A stretch of 35,812 nt of DNA from a virus (IMGVR_UViG_2693429554_000020:1-35812), one strand, 5' to 3'; positions 1-10,565 are shown, numbered from the stretch's first letter. Translations and numbers: made by a program. The notes: generated by a model from the letters alone, not told the origin.

Positions 1-681
1 TACAGAATAATCATCAAAATCAAGTGGGCTATCAGCACCCGGCGTCAGGCTTGCAATATATCCTCTTCCCATAACTTCTGATGCTGGTATTTCTTTTGTA
101 CGATAATCACTAACTCTGAAGAGCTGCCCTTGGTGGGTGTGTAATTCCACTCCTCCATTCTGAAGACTTAGCAAGGCACGTACAGCATCAATACCACGCC
201 CGTCATCCCAGCCACGAATAAACTCACCACGTAAATCAGGCAATTTATTTGTCGGATAAGCCTTTGCCAGTTCCGGGTATTCTTCAGCAGAAAAAGCGGC
301 ACCGTTGCATTTCAGCCAGCCTGTTGGCGGAGTGGCTGAAGGCCACGGAACAGGCACCCCAACCGGTAATGCAGAGCCTTCTCCCAAACCAAGGTTTTCG
401 AGAGCCGTTTTCACCGTGCCATCCGATTTGATATCACCAAACGGATTCTTGCGGCTTAACAGCAGAGCACGAAGCGCGGTAAGCAACTGGTCGTGCCGCG
501 CCTTCTCCAGACTGGCACCGGATGCCTCAACAACGCTACAAAGTTCTTCCTGCAACATGTCAAAGTAGTCATCATCCAGATCGGTGGCAGGCGTGCCAGT
601 CTGGGGGTTACCACGGGTAAAACCGTTCTTACCCGCGCCGAACTTATCCTTCTGCGCGGTTTTCGTGTCTATACGATGCAT
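1..681 (-). CDS. Tail fiber protein, N-terminal part (gene runs off window start)
   Basis: Hand translation of the minus strand from ATG at 681 gives 227 codons with no stop to position 1 ([20 protein letters not shown]...). It contains a tail-collar-like segment ([34 protein letters not shown]...[17 protein letters not shown]) and follows the baseplate genes. Absent from the ORF track because it lacks a stop in the window. Confidence 0.6.
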   Translation of the reverse strand, partial: MHRIDTKTAQKDKFGAGKNGFTRGNPQTGTPATDLDDDYFDMLQEELCSVVEASGASLEKARHDQLLTALRALLLSRKNPFGDIKSDGTVKTALENLGLGEGSALPVGVPVPWPSATPPTGWLKCNGAAFSAEEYPELAKAYPTNKLPDLRGEFIRGWDDGRGIDAVRALLSLQNGGVELHTHQGQLFRVSDYRTKEIPASEVMGRGYIASLTPGADSPLDFDDYSV

Positions 682-684
682 GGA

Positions 685-1269
685 TTACTCCGGATATTTA
701 AAAATTACGTAGGTATGCGACGGGCAGAGTTTGTTAAGCACACACTCGACAACGGTGTCGCCCCAGATACGCAGTGCGGAATCACAGGGATCGCCACATG
801 TCATCCAGGTGGTGTTGGTGGCGGCTGGCATGTTGACCTGCCAGTAATACCGCCATTCCGGCGCATTCACCGCGTCAGTACAGGCCGATGAGCAGGTGAA
901 AGTGCTTTTGTCGTATCGCGTGATGGTGGCATCTGGTCTGCCCAGGGCAGCAAGCTGTGCAAGATAAAAATCCTCGTTGATGCCGCCCGCCAGGTTAACC
1001 TTCGCATCCAGCCGTTGCTGACGCTGGCGAAGGGTCTGTGTCCCTGCGGGAATACATTCATCCGGCAGACCGCACAGACGCTCCCAGCGGTTTATCAGTT
1101 CATTGGTGGTGCGCGGATCCAGCTCCCGCATAAGGGCATCCGCACGCTGATGAACGCGGGTTAATGACGGTGCCGCACCGGCAATCGCCGGATCGCTGGC
1201 TGACCACGCCGGACCGGGGGGCAACAGTGCCGACAACAGACGGATGTAATCATCGTTTGTCACGTCCAT
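685..1269 (-). CDS. Baseplate/tail protein (Mu gp48 / P2 gpI-like, DUF2313-type)
   Basis: 194-aa ORF between baseplate J-like gene and tail fiber; assignment by synteny and recalled similarity to e14 YmfQ-type proteins. Confidence 0.5.
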   Translation of the reverse strand: MDVTNDDYIRLLSALLPPGPAWSASDPAIAGAAPSLTRVHQRADALMRELDPRTTNELINRWERLCGLPDECIPAGTQTLRQRQQRLDAKVNLAGGINEDFYLAQLAALGRPDATITRYDKSTFTCSSACTDAVNAPEWRYYWQVNMPAATNTTWMTCGDPCDSALRIWGDTVVECVLNKLCPSHTYVIFKYPE

Positions 1270-2318
1270 GAAATCGTCCCCAGTACCGCCAGTTCATTTT
1301 TTGCAATGGAGATATTGTCTGCCGGTGCAAGCAACTGATGGCTGTATTCCCCGTTCGCACCGGAAATCGCCTCACTGATACGCGATACCTTCAGTTCTCC
1401 CTGCGGATAACCATCACGCAGCAGGAACGAACGCAACTCCGCGGTAATGGCAGCCCGTATTTCCGGTGTGTCCGGCGTCACACGGATATGAAAATCCACC
1501 GTATGTGCCACCGGCCTGAACACATACAAATCAGAGCCTGCCACCGGGGCCAGTGGCCCGATATGTTGTCTTGCCGCCGTTTCCGTTGATTCTTCCGGAA
1601 TGGGATTAATCAGGTCACTGCCGGCAATCATCACACCGACAGTCCCCGTTCCCATCCAGTGTCGGTATGTCCATGCGCGGGTAATGCCGGGCACTTCTTT
1701 AGCCCAGACAACATAGTCCCCGTCAGCCCCGCCCTGAGGCGTCCAGTAATATCGCTCAATGACGCGGGCGCGCCACGTTTCCAGATCTTCAGTATCGAAT
1801 CCGCCAGTCAGGGTATCTGCCACACCGGAAGACGGCAGACCATTCACCGGCGTGACCAGGATTAATGACATACCGTCGTCAGCGTTACCGACCGCACCTG
1901 CACTTGAGCAGGCGATCGGCACGCGCAGGACACCACCGGAGCTGGTTGCATCGGCAGTTGCCGTGTACTGAACCAGGTCATCGCGTTGAATAACACTCCC
2001 GGCGGTCACCTTCAGCCCATCGCTGACACCTTCCCAGCGCATATACCCGCTGGCAGCAGTGGCCCCCTTGCGCGGACACCGTTTCATCGCAGCATGTCGC
2101 GCCAGCCAGGACTCATCGCACAGGTCAGGCAGCATGTTCATTGCCAGATAATCGATGTAACCGTAAACCGTATGCAGCGCCGCCGCATACACCTTTGCCC
2201 GCACGTCTTCATCCATGCGCCGGAGCGTGTCGCTGACGTCCAGCCTGGCGAATAAATCGTTACGGAGCATACTGATATTTTCTGCCAGCGTCGGGCGCTG
2301 AAATTCACTGTCCGCCAT
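1260..2318 (-). CDS. Baseplate J-like protein
   Basis: 352-aa ORF, overlapping start/stop with neighbours, in the canonical baseplate position of Mu/P2-type contractile tails. Confidence 0.6.
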   Translation of the reverse strand: MADSEFQRPTLAENISMLRNDLFARLDVSDTLRRMDEDVRAKVYAAALHTVYGYIDYLAMNMLPDLCDESWLARHAAMKRCPRKGATAASGYMRWEGVSDGLKVTAGSVIQRDDLVQYTATADATSSGGVLRVPIACSSAGAVGNADDGMSLILVTPVNGLPSSGVADTLTGGFDTEDLETWRARVIERYYWTPQGGADGDYVVWAKEVPGITRAWTYRHWMGTGTVGVMIAGSDLINPIPEESTETAARQHIGPLAPVAGSDLYVFRPVAHTVDFHIRVTPDTPEIRAAITAELRSFLLRDGYPQGELKVSRISEAISGANGEYSHQLLAPADNISIAKNELAVLGTISWT

Positions 2319-2733
2319 GCGTTATCGCACTCCACAGATCATCAAAAGAAATCATTACCGGTCCGTCACGACGCCAGAGAGTGATACTGTTACCCAGTTC
2401 ATTAATCCCGGTGCGGCGGATATCCAGATCAATACGGGACACCACGCCGTCATCAGTCATCCATTGCAGGCATTCACGGATATATCCCCTTACCGTCTGC
2501 ACCAGCTGATTGGTCAGTTTGCTGCGCTGAAGCAGCCACAGCCGGGAGCCGTAACGGTCATTCTGTACCGCAGGCCAGGTATCCCCCCACCATCCCATCG
2601 GGACGTCGGCGTTGTCATCAGGCTCCGCCCGCCGCCAGGTAAACAGGGAAATCACCACGGCGCGGGTCAGCGGATCCAGCGGTGCGCTGGCGCAGGTGCG
2701 TTTACCGTTCACCGTCAGCCACAGTTCCATCAT
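2305..2733 (-). CDS. Baseplate protein (Mu gp46-like)
   Basis: 142-aa ORF in operon with baseplate J and V-like genes; synteny-based. Confidence 0.5.
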   Translation of the reverse strand: MMELWLTVNGKRTCASAPLDPLTRAVVISLFTWRRAEPDDNADVPMGWWGDTWPAVQNDRYGSRLWLLQRSKLTNQLVQTVRGYIRECLQWMTDDGVVSRIDLDIRRTGINELGNSITLWRRDGPVMISFDDLWSAITHGGQ

Positions 2734-3224
2734 GCCTCCATCGCTTTATCAGGTTTGTCGGTGTTACTGCCCTGACCGTTCTCTCTGTGACGATGCCCGT
2801 TATAGGCAAGCCGCATCGCTGACATGGTGGTGCCGCCGGAGTCGCACAGGTCTTTCACCTGTCCGGTCACTTCCAGGTCCATTTCAAAACGTGCTTCAGG
2901 TGAATTGCGAAACGTGATCGTTTTACCTGCACCGTCCACCACGATCCCCTCCCGGGTCAGCGTCACGGACTGCCCCTGATCGTCATAGACAGCCACCTCA
3001 CCCGTCTGCAGCCCTTTCAGGCGGTAGCGCCGGTCCGACACCGTAACAACCACCGCATGAGAACGGTCGCCATCCGGAAACAACACCACCGCTTCCGCAC
3101 CGCTGTTTGCCCTTGCGGTAAAACCGTAGGGTTCAAGATGTTCAACCCCGGCTTTGGGTTCACCGGCAATCAGGGACACATCCACGGTCTGACATTTCGT
3201 GGCGGCACTGATGCTTTTCACCAC
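2730..3224 (-). CDS. Baseplate assembly protein V-like (spike)
   Basis: 164-aa ORF between hub-like and gp46-like genes; synteny-based. Confidence 0.5.
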   Translation of the reverse strand: MVKSISAATKCQTVDVSLIAGEPKAGVEHLEPYGFTARANSGAEAVVLFPDGDRSHAVVVTVSDRRYRLKGLQTGEVAVYDDQGQSVTLTREGIVVDGAGKTITFRNSPEARFEMDLEVTGQVKDLCDSGGTTMSAMRLAYNGHRHRENGQGSNTDKPDKAMEA

Positions 3225-3277
3225 TGCCCGCCCAATCAGGCCGAGAAGTTGTCGCTGTATGGTTTCAATCGCCCTAA

Positions 3278-4357
3278 TCAGAACGGGTCCTCCTGTACTC
3301 TGGCTTTTTTCTTTTTCCGCGCGCCGGGATCTTCGGGTTCAGGCAGATAAGCATCAGGCGGGCCGACACGGATTTCCGTCAGGGTTCCGTTCTGGTCCTG
3401 AGTAAACGTGACTTCCGAAACAAGCAGTTCGGTATTGTCGAAACCACAGACCGGATCGAAGACAATCACCCGCTGGTTGGGCTGCCACAGCGTACCGTTA
3501 CCCTGTCGCCAGCCCTGCACCACATAGGTGGTTTCATCCGTCCGCGCCGCCCGTTGTCGGGCTTCAAAGTCAGCACGCGCAATACAGCCTGCCCCCGTGG
3601 CCTGCCCTGTCTGCCTGATATACATCGGACGGTAACGGGCAATAAATGCGTCCTCTGTGCGGGCCCGCAGCGCGGTGGTGGTGGCCTCACCGAAATCATC
3701 GTCGTTTCCGGCACGCTGCCCCGCCACCTGGTAAACAGAAAACCGCTCCCGGATACTCTTCTCCGTATCACAGGAAAGGATGTTTTCCCCAAGTACCAGC
3801 GCGGTATGTGCCCGCGTTGAGCCAATACCGCCAATCACCAGCCTGCCGTGCGGGTCGTCGTAAGCCAGCGCCTGCTGCTGACCGAGTATTTTGTTGATTA
3901 CCTCAATCACCGTTTCACCGTGATCAGGCTGAACATCAGGAATAACACCCGACGGCGCACCGCTGTTCACCACCTCAATGCCAAAAGGCGCAGCAAGCGC
4001 CTGCACAATCTGCACCAGCGAGCGTCCGTTAAACTGTGTCGGTTCGGCTGCACAGTCAATCAGGTCAGCCGTCAGACTACGTCCGGCAATACCGGTGCTG
4101 ACCGAACGGGCATCGTAACGAACGGGAGTCGCCTCCACCCAGCCGGTGATCACCAGCTCATCACCAATCAGCACTTCCACTTTTGAACCGTTTTTAATGC
4201 GCGGCTGAAGCGTGGTGATACCCTCATCTCCCGGCCACTGGCGAGTGATCTCCACACTGAAATCCCGCGCCAGCCGTTCAATACCGGCACCGATGCGCAC
4301 CGATGTCCAGCCATTCCACTCCCGGCCATTTACCCGTAGCGTGACATTGTCGTTCAT
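3278..4357 (-). CDS. Baseplate hub / tail protein (Mu gpP / P2 gpD-like)
   Basis: 359-aa ORF immediately downstream of the N-like gene; size and position fit the late-control-D/hub family. Confidence 0.55.
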   Translation of the reverse strand: MNDNVTLRVNGREWNGWTSVRIGAGIERLARDFSVEITRQWPGDEGITTLQPRIKNGSKVEVLIGDELVITGWVEATPVRYDARSVSTGIAGRSLTADLIDCAAEPTQFNGRSLVQIVQALAAPFGIEVVNSGAPSGVIPDVQPDHGETVIEVINKILGQQQALAYDDPHGRLVIGGIGSTRAHTALVLGENILSCDTEKSIRERFSVYQVAGQRAGNDDDFGEATTTALRARTEDAFIARYRPMYIRQTGQATGAGCIARADFEARQRAARTDETTYVVQGWRQGNGTLWQPNQRVIVFDPVCGFDNTELLVSEVTFTQDQNGTLTEIRVGPPDAYLPEPEDPGARKKKKARVQEDPF

Positions 4358-5682
4358 TGCACTGGCACCTTCAGAGGGATCACCGGCACAAAGCCGGGAT
4401 GCGTAATGGCATTACGCCGGATAATGTCCGCGTCACGCGCCGCGTTATCAAACCAGGTCGCCGCCAGCACCAGCGCGGGTAAAACCTCATCCGGCGTGCG
4501 CTGAATGATCCGTGCAGACTGTTCAAGGCGCGTGTTGATATCCGCATTCAGATCTGCTTTCACCCGGCGCAGCGCCAGAAACAGCGCATCACTGGTTGTA
4601 CGGGACAACTCCTTATCAATTGCCGTATTCAGTGTGTCGCGAATGTCGGTCAGTTCTTCCCACGTTGGCAGGTCAACCGTGTTTTTCACCGCCGGTGCAT
4701 TGTTCAGTGCCGGATGCGTGACAGAAGGCCAGCCGGTGCTCTGCGCGGGTGTTGTTGACTGCCCCACTGTGGCATTCTGCATCACCGCGGAAGTTGTGGG
4801 CGCAGGCAATCGTGTGACGGCATACGCCGCTTCGCTGATTGCGGTCGTACGAAGGGTGCTGGCAACCACGTTACGCTGCTGCGTCGCCGTGGCGGTGGTT
4901 TTACTGTCCGTTTTCCAGACGCCGCGCGGTTGCAGATCGCTGCCGAGGCTGACACCGGAAAGCGTTTTGATCATGGTGACCAGGTCGCTGGCGTTACCAT
5001 AAAGGCGTTTCCCGGTACGCCACATTTTCTGCACCTGCTCAACGAAATTTTTGCCTGACGATGGCGGCGGCAGAAGTACCGAGATATCCCCCTGCAACAG
5101 CCTGGCGGCATCCGATACGGCAGAATCCACCACTTTCATCGCATCAGAAACATACCCAAGCATTGTGCTGGCATTACCGACGACGTCGTTCTGCACAAAA
5201 TCTGCCACGCCATCGATACTGAAACCACTGAAGCTGTCACTGATGCAGTCATCCAGTGCAGAACAGGATGACATCAGCGTCTGCGCCGTCGCCGCACCTG
5301 AAGTGGGGTAAGAGAGTTCTCCCGCTTCGACAAACTTCAGGTCAAAGCGGACAATACGCCCTTCACTCTTCGATGTGCTGACCCGAACTTCCCCGTCAAC
5401 ACAGACTTTCAGCTCACCGTAAGTCGGATGGACAAGCGTGCCGGGACCGGGTTTATTCAGCGCGTCAATCAGGCGATCGCGCTGGTCAAAGCAGTCATCT
5501 CCCACCACATAAGCTGTGATGGACGGGCGGAAAGTGATTTTCCCCAGGTCTTCGGTATAGGGTTTGTCGCGGTTCGGGTATTCGTGCGTTTCCACACGAC
5601 GACCGGTTCCCGCACTTTCTTCTTCAACCTTAAATGGCACACCGCGAAATGACGCGTCCTGAAGTCTGTCTTTCCACGTCAT
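4354..5682 (-). CDS. DNA circularization protein N-like tail protein
   Basis: ORF 4354..5724 in the track; start placed at the internal ATG (MTWKD...) because GGAG lies 6 nt upstream. Sits between tape measure and hub. Confidence 0.5.
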   Translation of the reverse strand: MTWKDRLQDASFRGVPFKVEEESAGTGRRVETHEYPNRDKPYTEDLGKITFRPSITAYVVGDDCFDQRDRLIDALNKPGPGTLVHPTYGELKVCVDGEVRVSTSKSEGRIVRFDLKFVEAGELSYPTSGAATAQTLMSSCSALDDCISDSFSGFSIDGVADFVQNDVVGNASTMLGYVSDAMKVVDSAVSDAARLLQGDISVLLPPPSSGKNFVEQVQKMWRTGKRLYGNASDLVTMIKTLSGVSLGSDLQPRGVWKTDSKTTATATQQRNVVASTLRTTAISEAAYAVTRLPAPTTSAVMQNATVGQSTTPAQSTGWPSVTHPALNNAPAVKNTVDLPTWEELTDIRDTLNTAIDKELSRTTSDALFLALRRVKADLNADINTRLEQSARIIQRTPDEVLPALVLAATWFDNAARDADIIRRNAITHPGFVPVIPLKVPVQ

Positions 5683-5697
5683 ATAAACTCCGTACAT

Positions 5698-5719
5698 AAA
5701 AAATCCCACCGGAGTGGGA
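5698..5719 (-). terminator. Intrinsic terminator-like hairpin between tape measure and N-like gene
   Basis: On the minus strand, TCCCAC-tccg-GTGGGA (perfect 6-bp stem) is followed directly by TTTTTT, then the SD/ATG of the next gene. Confidence 0.45.
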
Positions 5720-5742
5720 CTCATTAACAGATTAATTTTTCA

Positions 5743-7578
5743 TTACCTGCCAAAGCGCGTATAGCCAACATCATGGCTGACATCAAAACCGCTGGATCGC
5801 GTTTCCATAACCCGCATACCCGGAGGCGAATTCACAAAAGAGACCTTGATCTCACCATCAACTTTTGGCGCAGAAGCTTTGTTAATCATGAAGGGATTCG
5901 GGCCTGTGGCATCGGAGGCGTTGTTTGACTGAGCCGGATCCACCGCCTGATAAGGTGTGTATCCCCGTGCCGGTATTCCCGTCCCATAAGCATCATAAGC
6001 ACCCGCGCCCCACTGCGCAGAGTTAATGGCATCGACCGTGTCACCGGAACTGTCGGTAAACCACTCAATAATTGGCTTCAGCTTGTCCCACATATCCTGA
6101 AACCACTTAACAACCGGTCCCCAGTTATTGATCACCATCCCCAGCGGCGACCAGGCAAAAACCTTCTTCAGAAGTTCCCAACCTGCCTCAAAATAAGGAC
6201 CAATGGTTTCCCAGAGCTTCTTGAAATAAGGTCCGACAACATCCCAGTTAGTGATAATTAATCCCGCAGCCAGAGCAATCGCCGTCGCAATCATGCCAAT
6301 CGGCGTCATCGACATAATCCTGCTGACAATACTGATGGCACTGCCCACGCCCATCAATCCCAGTTTCAGAATCGCAAGACCGGCAGCAAGCCCGACGACG
6401 CCGCGAATAACCCGGGGATTTTCATCCGCAAACTTCGTGAATTTCTCCCCCAACTCCCCCAGCCATTGTGTGATATTTTTAGCGTCACCAGAAAATGCGC
6501 CGCCAATAGCCGCAAGGCCGTTAGTTGCGGTCCCTGTCATTGCCTCCCACAGGTTGGACAGCGTACCAAGCTGTGCCTGAACACGTTTATTCAGGCTGGC
6601 CTGTTTATTCATCTTCTGCTGGATCTGATCGTAGCCATCCTTTCCTTTATCGATTAGTGCATTGACCACCTGAAGGGTTTCGGCATCATCACCAAATATT
6701 GCCTTAAGTACACCTGTTCGCTTAACGTCGGTCAGTTTTCGCAGCTTTGCCAGTTGCCTGAACATGTTATCAAGACCGCCAAAACTTCCTTTGCCGTCAG
6801 TAAAATCGAGCTGTACCCCGAGTTTCTGGCGGGCCATAACTTTATTAACGTCCCTGATTTTCTTAACGCTTAATCCGGACTGGATAACTTTTCGCAGGGC
6901 ATTACCTGCCGACTCCCCGTTCATCCCCATCTGATCCATCATGACGCTGATGGGGGCAAGGCTCTGCGCAGCCTGAAGACCATCCTTGTTCACCATCTTC
7001 AGAACAGAACTGGTTTTAGTGAAGAAGGACAACATGTTGGTATCGTCAACGCCCAGATAAAACGCCTTCTGGATAGTGTCGAACAGCCCCATCATGTCTT
7101 CTGACGCCGTTCCGGTAGCATCCTGCATCTTTGCAGCAAACTCAGCAGCCGCTTCCGGTGTTTTTTTCAGTTGTACCGCAAGATAAGCTGTCGCTTTACC
7201 CACACCACCCAGAATGTTTTCTGCCGGGATCCCCTGACGCACCAGCATCTGCATCATGTTCTGGAAATCAGCCGTTGTACCAGGTAGCTGGTTACCCAGG
7301 CCAATAGCCAGTTTATTGATGTCCTGAAAGCTCTTTCCAACCTCGCCGTTCGCATCCATCATGGCGACTTTCAGCCCGGTGGCGGCGTTTTCCTGATCGG
7401 CATAAGATTTCAGGGAAAGCGTCAGACCCGCTGCCAGTCCGCCACCAAGCGCCAGCCCACCCTGTGACGCTTCTTCCGCCTGGCGTTTAAATCCCCGGAT
7501 TTTCTTTTGCATTTTCGACAGCGCGGGAGAAAGCCTGTCGACACCGGTGATCAACGCCTTAAGCTCAAATTCAGCCAT
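5743..7578 (-). CDS. Tail tape measure protein
   Basis: 611-aa ORF downstream of the frameshifted chaperone pair, with an Ala/Gly-rich hydrophobic central segment; canonical position. Confidence 0.7.
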   Translation of the reverse strand: MAEFELKALITGVDRLSPALSKMQKKIRGFKRQAEEASQGGLALGGGLAAGLTLSLKSYADQENAATGLKVAMMDANGEVGKSFQDINKLAIGLGNQLPGTTADFQNMMQMLVRQGIPAENILGGVGKATAYLAVQLKKTPEAAAEFAAKMQDATGTASEDMMGLFDTIQKAFYLGVDDTNMLSFFTKTSSVLKMVNKDGLQAAQSLAPISVMMDQMGMNGESAGNALRKVIQSGLSVKKIRDVNKVMARQKLGVQLDFTDGKGSFGGLDNMFRQLAKLRKLTDVKRTGVLKAIFGDDAETLQVVNALIDKGKDGYDQIQQKMNKQASLNKRVQAQLGTLSNLWEAMTGTATNGLAAIGGAFSGDAKNITQWLGELGEKFTKFADENPRVIRGVVGLAAGLAILKLGLMGVGSAISIVSRIMSMTPIGMIATAIALAAGLIITNWDVVGPYFKKLWETIGPYFEAGWELLKKVFAWSPLGMVINNWGPVVKWFQDMWDKLKPIIEWFTDSSGDTVDAINSAQWGAGAYDAYGTGIPARGYTPYQAVDPAQSNNASDATGPNPFMINKASAPKVDGEIKVSFVNSPPGMRVMETRSSGFDVSHDVGYTRFGR

Positions 7579-7753
7579 GTGTGCGTTTCTCCTGCTCTAT
7601 CCTGTTTGCCTGACTGACCAGTAAGGGAATTTCACTGATCGGCATATTCAGCAATTCGAAAGGATTAATGCGCCAGTAACTGGCGCAGTCAAAGAAGCGA
7701 TCAGTGAGGTATTCAGCCGTCAGGCCTGGAGGAAAAAACCGGCCACAAGCCAC
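7571..7753 (-). CDS. Tail assembly chaperone, frameshift extension (T-like part)
   Basis: Overlaps the 3' end of ORF 7720..7989 in the -1 frame; slippery T_TTT_TTC at 7738..7732 (minus) would fuse ...VAGFF to PPGLTAEYL.... Confidence 0.55.
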   Translation of the reverse strand: MACGRFFPPGLTAEYLTDRFFDCASYWRINPFELLNMPISEIPLLVSQANRIEQEKRTHG

Positions 7754-7989
7754 GCCGCTGCATTCAGGTCTGCCGGAGACATCTGGTCGACAGAGCTTTG
7801 CGGCACTTTCGCCAGCCGCACGATGTATTTCGATACCACATGCGCCAGAAGTCTGACGGACTCATCCTGATTCATCTGGTAGGGATACCCCAGCTCGCGG
7901 ACATCTTTCCCGGTGGGCTCATCAAACTCCAGTACGGAGAGTGTCTCGCCATGAGCAGTAATCGGTTTCTTTAACTCAAGCTCTTTCAT
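7720..7989 (-). CDS. Tail assembly chaperone (G-like part)
   Basis: 89-aa ORF between tube and tape measure genes, ending 4 codons after a slippery heptamer. Confidence 0.6.
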   Translation of the reverse strand: MKELELKKPITAHGETLSVLEFDEPTGKDVRELGYPYQMNQDESVRLLAHVVSKYIVRLAKVPQSSVDQMSPADLNAAAWLVAGFFLQA

Positions 7990-8345
7990 TACTGGTAATC
8001 CCCTTCTTCACCGTGGAACTCAAGATCGACCGTGCCTTCTTCGGCATTATGGTTCGCTTCGCCGTGCAGCCAGGCAGACGACAGTACATAGACCTGACCG
8101 TTCGCCAGCTCGGCAGTGATGGTCATCTCATCAGACGAGGTGATTTTGCTCACCGGAAAATTCTTCGGCACCTTGAAGGTCCCTTTGACATAGGGCGCAC
8201 GGTGAGTTTCCTTGCGGTCCACTGAACCGTCCAGGCCGATGATGTCATCATTGACCGTCCTGTTCATGGGCACCTCAATGCCGCCGGTCAGCGATAGCTG
8301 CTGACCGTCAATTTTGAAATAACAGGTTCCCCCGATACGTGCCAT
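7989..8345 (-). CDS. Tail tube protein
   Basis: 118-aa ORF immediately after the sheath gene with overlapping stop/start. Confidence 0.6.
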   Translation of the reverse strand: MARIGGTCYFKIDGQQLSLTGGIEVPMNRTVNDDIIGLDGSVDRKETHRAPYVKGTFKVPKNFPVSKITSSDEMTITAELANGQVYVLSSAWLHGEANHNAEEGTVDLEFHGEEGDYQ

Positions 8346-9730
8346 TATGCAGACTCCTCTGAATACTGAAGACGGAACTGGTTAACCACGGCAAAGACAC
8401 GCAACTGGTTAACATAGTCAGGCGGGAACAGCGTGTTCAGGCGGTTCGGATCGCTGGCATCACGCTCCACAACCAGGTACTGCTTAAACAGTTCGTAGTT
8501 TTCCACGATCCCCGCACGCTCAAGCTGACGGTAGGTTGCCAGCAGTTCCCCTTTGATCACCGCCGGGGTGACAATCGCCTGACCGGGACCAAAGCGGGTA
8601 CCGTCACTGGCAAGCTTGTGACGCCCGTACTTACTGGTAATGACGGATTTCAGTTTGCGCAGTACATACGCGCTGGTATGCAGTGTCTCACTGTCGAGGT
8701 AGCTGTTATCCGCAACCCCGTAAGCGTTTTTCCTGTACGTGGTGACATCACGCTGAATGCGTAGCACCCCGCTTTCGACATACGCCGTTGCCACGCCATG
8801 AGACAGCAGGGTCTGTTGTTCGGTCATCGTGAACCGTTTCCCCTTCGGCGCAGGCAGCATACCCACCAGCTCACCGGTCTGCGTGGGACGTGCCGGATCG
8901 TTGCGAATAAACACCGCTGCGCGGGCGGTACGGCTTGCCGCCAGCTCGTCAGCAGGCGTCTGGGTCTCTTTTTCGTACCCCGCCAGGGTAATGTGCTGCT
9001 GGTTAAACTGGTCACCTGCGGTCACCAGTTCTGACAGCGTGCCGATCTTTGCCGTATACACATGACCATACAGCTGACGCGCATAGCTCCAGCGACCGCT
9101 GGTATCGTTCATCTCGGTCACCAGCGTGTTAACGGAGGCCGTGTCGTTGAACGGCAGGCCGATATAATCAAACGGCTCATCCGCCATTGCAGCCACCGCG
9201 CCGGTGAGAACAGGAGAGCCCGTTCCGGCGGTCCCCGTCGCCACGGCAATCTGTACGCCCGCAGGCAGCACTTCGCCCCCACCAAAGCCGTAGTAATTGA
9301 GGCTGACAGGAATTTCATTCCCGCAAAGCCCCTTATGACGCGCGGTCAGTGTGACCACGCCAGCCGAAGATGAAGCTGTAAACGGCAGAGTCGGAACGGC
9401 ATTGATGGCATCTTTGATACTGCTGGCAATCGTCGTGACGTTATCGCCGCTGGTCACCGGAGCCTGCACGCGGGTACGTCCCACATAGACATTCACCGTG
9501 CCGCTTTCGGTTGCTTCCCCGGTCACCGTCAGCGTAACCGTTGCCGCCGCACCTGTGGCTTCCGGAACGGCAATCACATACAGCTCACCAAACGGGTCGG
9601 TCTGGCGATAAGCCTCGACCATACGCGCCAGCTGACTTCCCGCACCACAAATCTGGCGTGCATAGTCTGCCGACGGCATCAGCACCAGACTGTTGGCAAC
9701 AATCTCTGCACCGTATATTGGCATGACCAA
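8345..9730 (-). CDS. Tail sheath protein (C-terminal ~460 codons; N-terminus appears to lie in ORF 9585..9842, shifted frame)
   Basis: 461-aa ORF. The upstream overlapping ORF begins MTISFNTIPSNTLVPLFYAEMDN..., which looks like a sheath N-terminus, suggesting a +1 frameshift near 9713-9731. Total ~497 codons would match Mu-type sheath length. Confidence 0.65.
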   Translation of the reverse strand: MVMPIYGAEIVANSLVLMPSADYARQICGAGSQLARMVEAYRQTDPFGELYVIAVPEATGAAATVTLTVTGEATESGTVNVYVGRTRVQAPVTSGDNVTTIASSIKDAINAVPTLPFTASSSAGVVTLTARHKGLCGNEIPVSLNYYGFGGGEVLPAGVQIAVATGTAGTGSPVLTGAVAAMADEPFDYIGLPFNDTASVNTLVTEMNDTSGRWSYARQLYGHVYTAKIGTLSELVTAGDQFNQQHITLAGYEKETQTPADELAASRTARAAVFIRNDPARPTQTGELVGMLPAPKGKRFTMTEQQTLLSHGVATAYVESGVLRIQRDVTTYRKNAYGVADNSYLDSETLHTSAYVLRKLKSVITSKYGRHKLASDGTRFGPGQAIVTPAVIKGELLATYRQLERAGIVENYELFKQYLVVERDASDPNRLNTLFPPDYVNQLRVFAVVNQFRLQYSEESA

Positions 9731-10004
9731 TCAGCAGCGATGCTCCGCTGTCCTGTGCAGTATTCGCCGCCAAGTTATCCATTTCCGCATAAAACAGCGG
9801 AACCAGCGTATTCGACGGAATGGTGTTAAAGCTTATCGTCATCGGTGTTCACCTTTTTATTCACGCGCCGGATATCACCAGCTGCTTCACGGCGCAGCCA
9901 GTAGTTGTTCTCATCAACATTTCGCCCTTCGGCGGGCAAAAGGTCGCCGCGGGCAGGGTCAGGCACTGACCGCCCTTTAACAGGTTTCACAAACATGATG
10001 ATCC

Positions 10005-10565
10005 TCAGGAAGGAAGGGGTATTTCGGTGTGATGTTCGATATCGCCGTCAGGCCCGTTACCGGGATCGAGATAATCAACATCAATCGCCAGCGTTCGCAG
10101 TTCATCCAGACTGTTCAGGTCATCCTGCTGGCGGGTATCGTCTTCGGTCAGCTCGCTGATGACCGAAAAATCGAACTGATAAATCAGCTCATGACGATTC
10201 AGATCCAGCAGCGTGCCGCCGTCATAGGTAATCGGGTTACCGCACGCTTCCGGGTTCCAGCCCAGCAGGGCCTTAAAGAGCATCTGCCGGACATCGTCCA
10301 CCACATCATACGAAGCAAACTGACCGCGCTCATCACGCCCGTTACTCAGTATGACAACCACGGAGAAGCCCTCTTTCAGCTCCTGCCAGTAGTCGGTCTG
10401 GCTTTTGTTTTCTCCCGGAGAATCATCACCCGGTACAACATATGCCGCCGGGAGTTTCAGCTTTCCGACCTCCGGCAGATTTTTGAACTGGGCCGCGCCT
10501 GCAACCCGGTTTTCAAAATACGGACAGCGGGCACGCAGTGCAGCAATAACAGGCGTCAGTTTCAT
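10005..10565 (-). CDS. Putative tail completion / neck protein
   Basis: 186-aa acidic ORF between head-tail joining genes and sheath; position-based. Confidence 0.4.
   Translation of the reverse strand: MKLTPVIAALRARCPYFENRVAGAAQFKNLPEVGKLKLPAAYVVPGDDSPGENKSQTDYWQELKEGFSVVVILSNGRDERGQFASYDVVDDVRQMLFKALLGWNPEACGNPITYDGGTLLDLNRHELIYQFDFSVISELTEDDTRQQDDLNSLDELRTLAIDVDYLDPGNGPDGDIEHHTEIPLPS

Noticed and set aside
9585-9842. Independent 85-aa gene
   Set aside because: Its first ~37 codons look like a sheath N-terminus and the rest overlaps the sheath ORF out of frame with Cys/Arg-rich garbage; interpreted as the frameshifted 5' part of the sheath gene.
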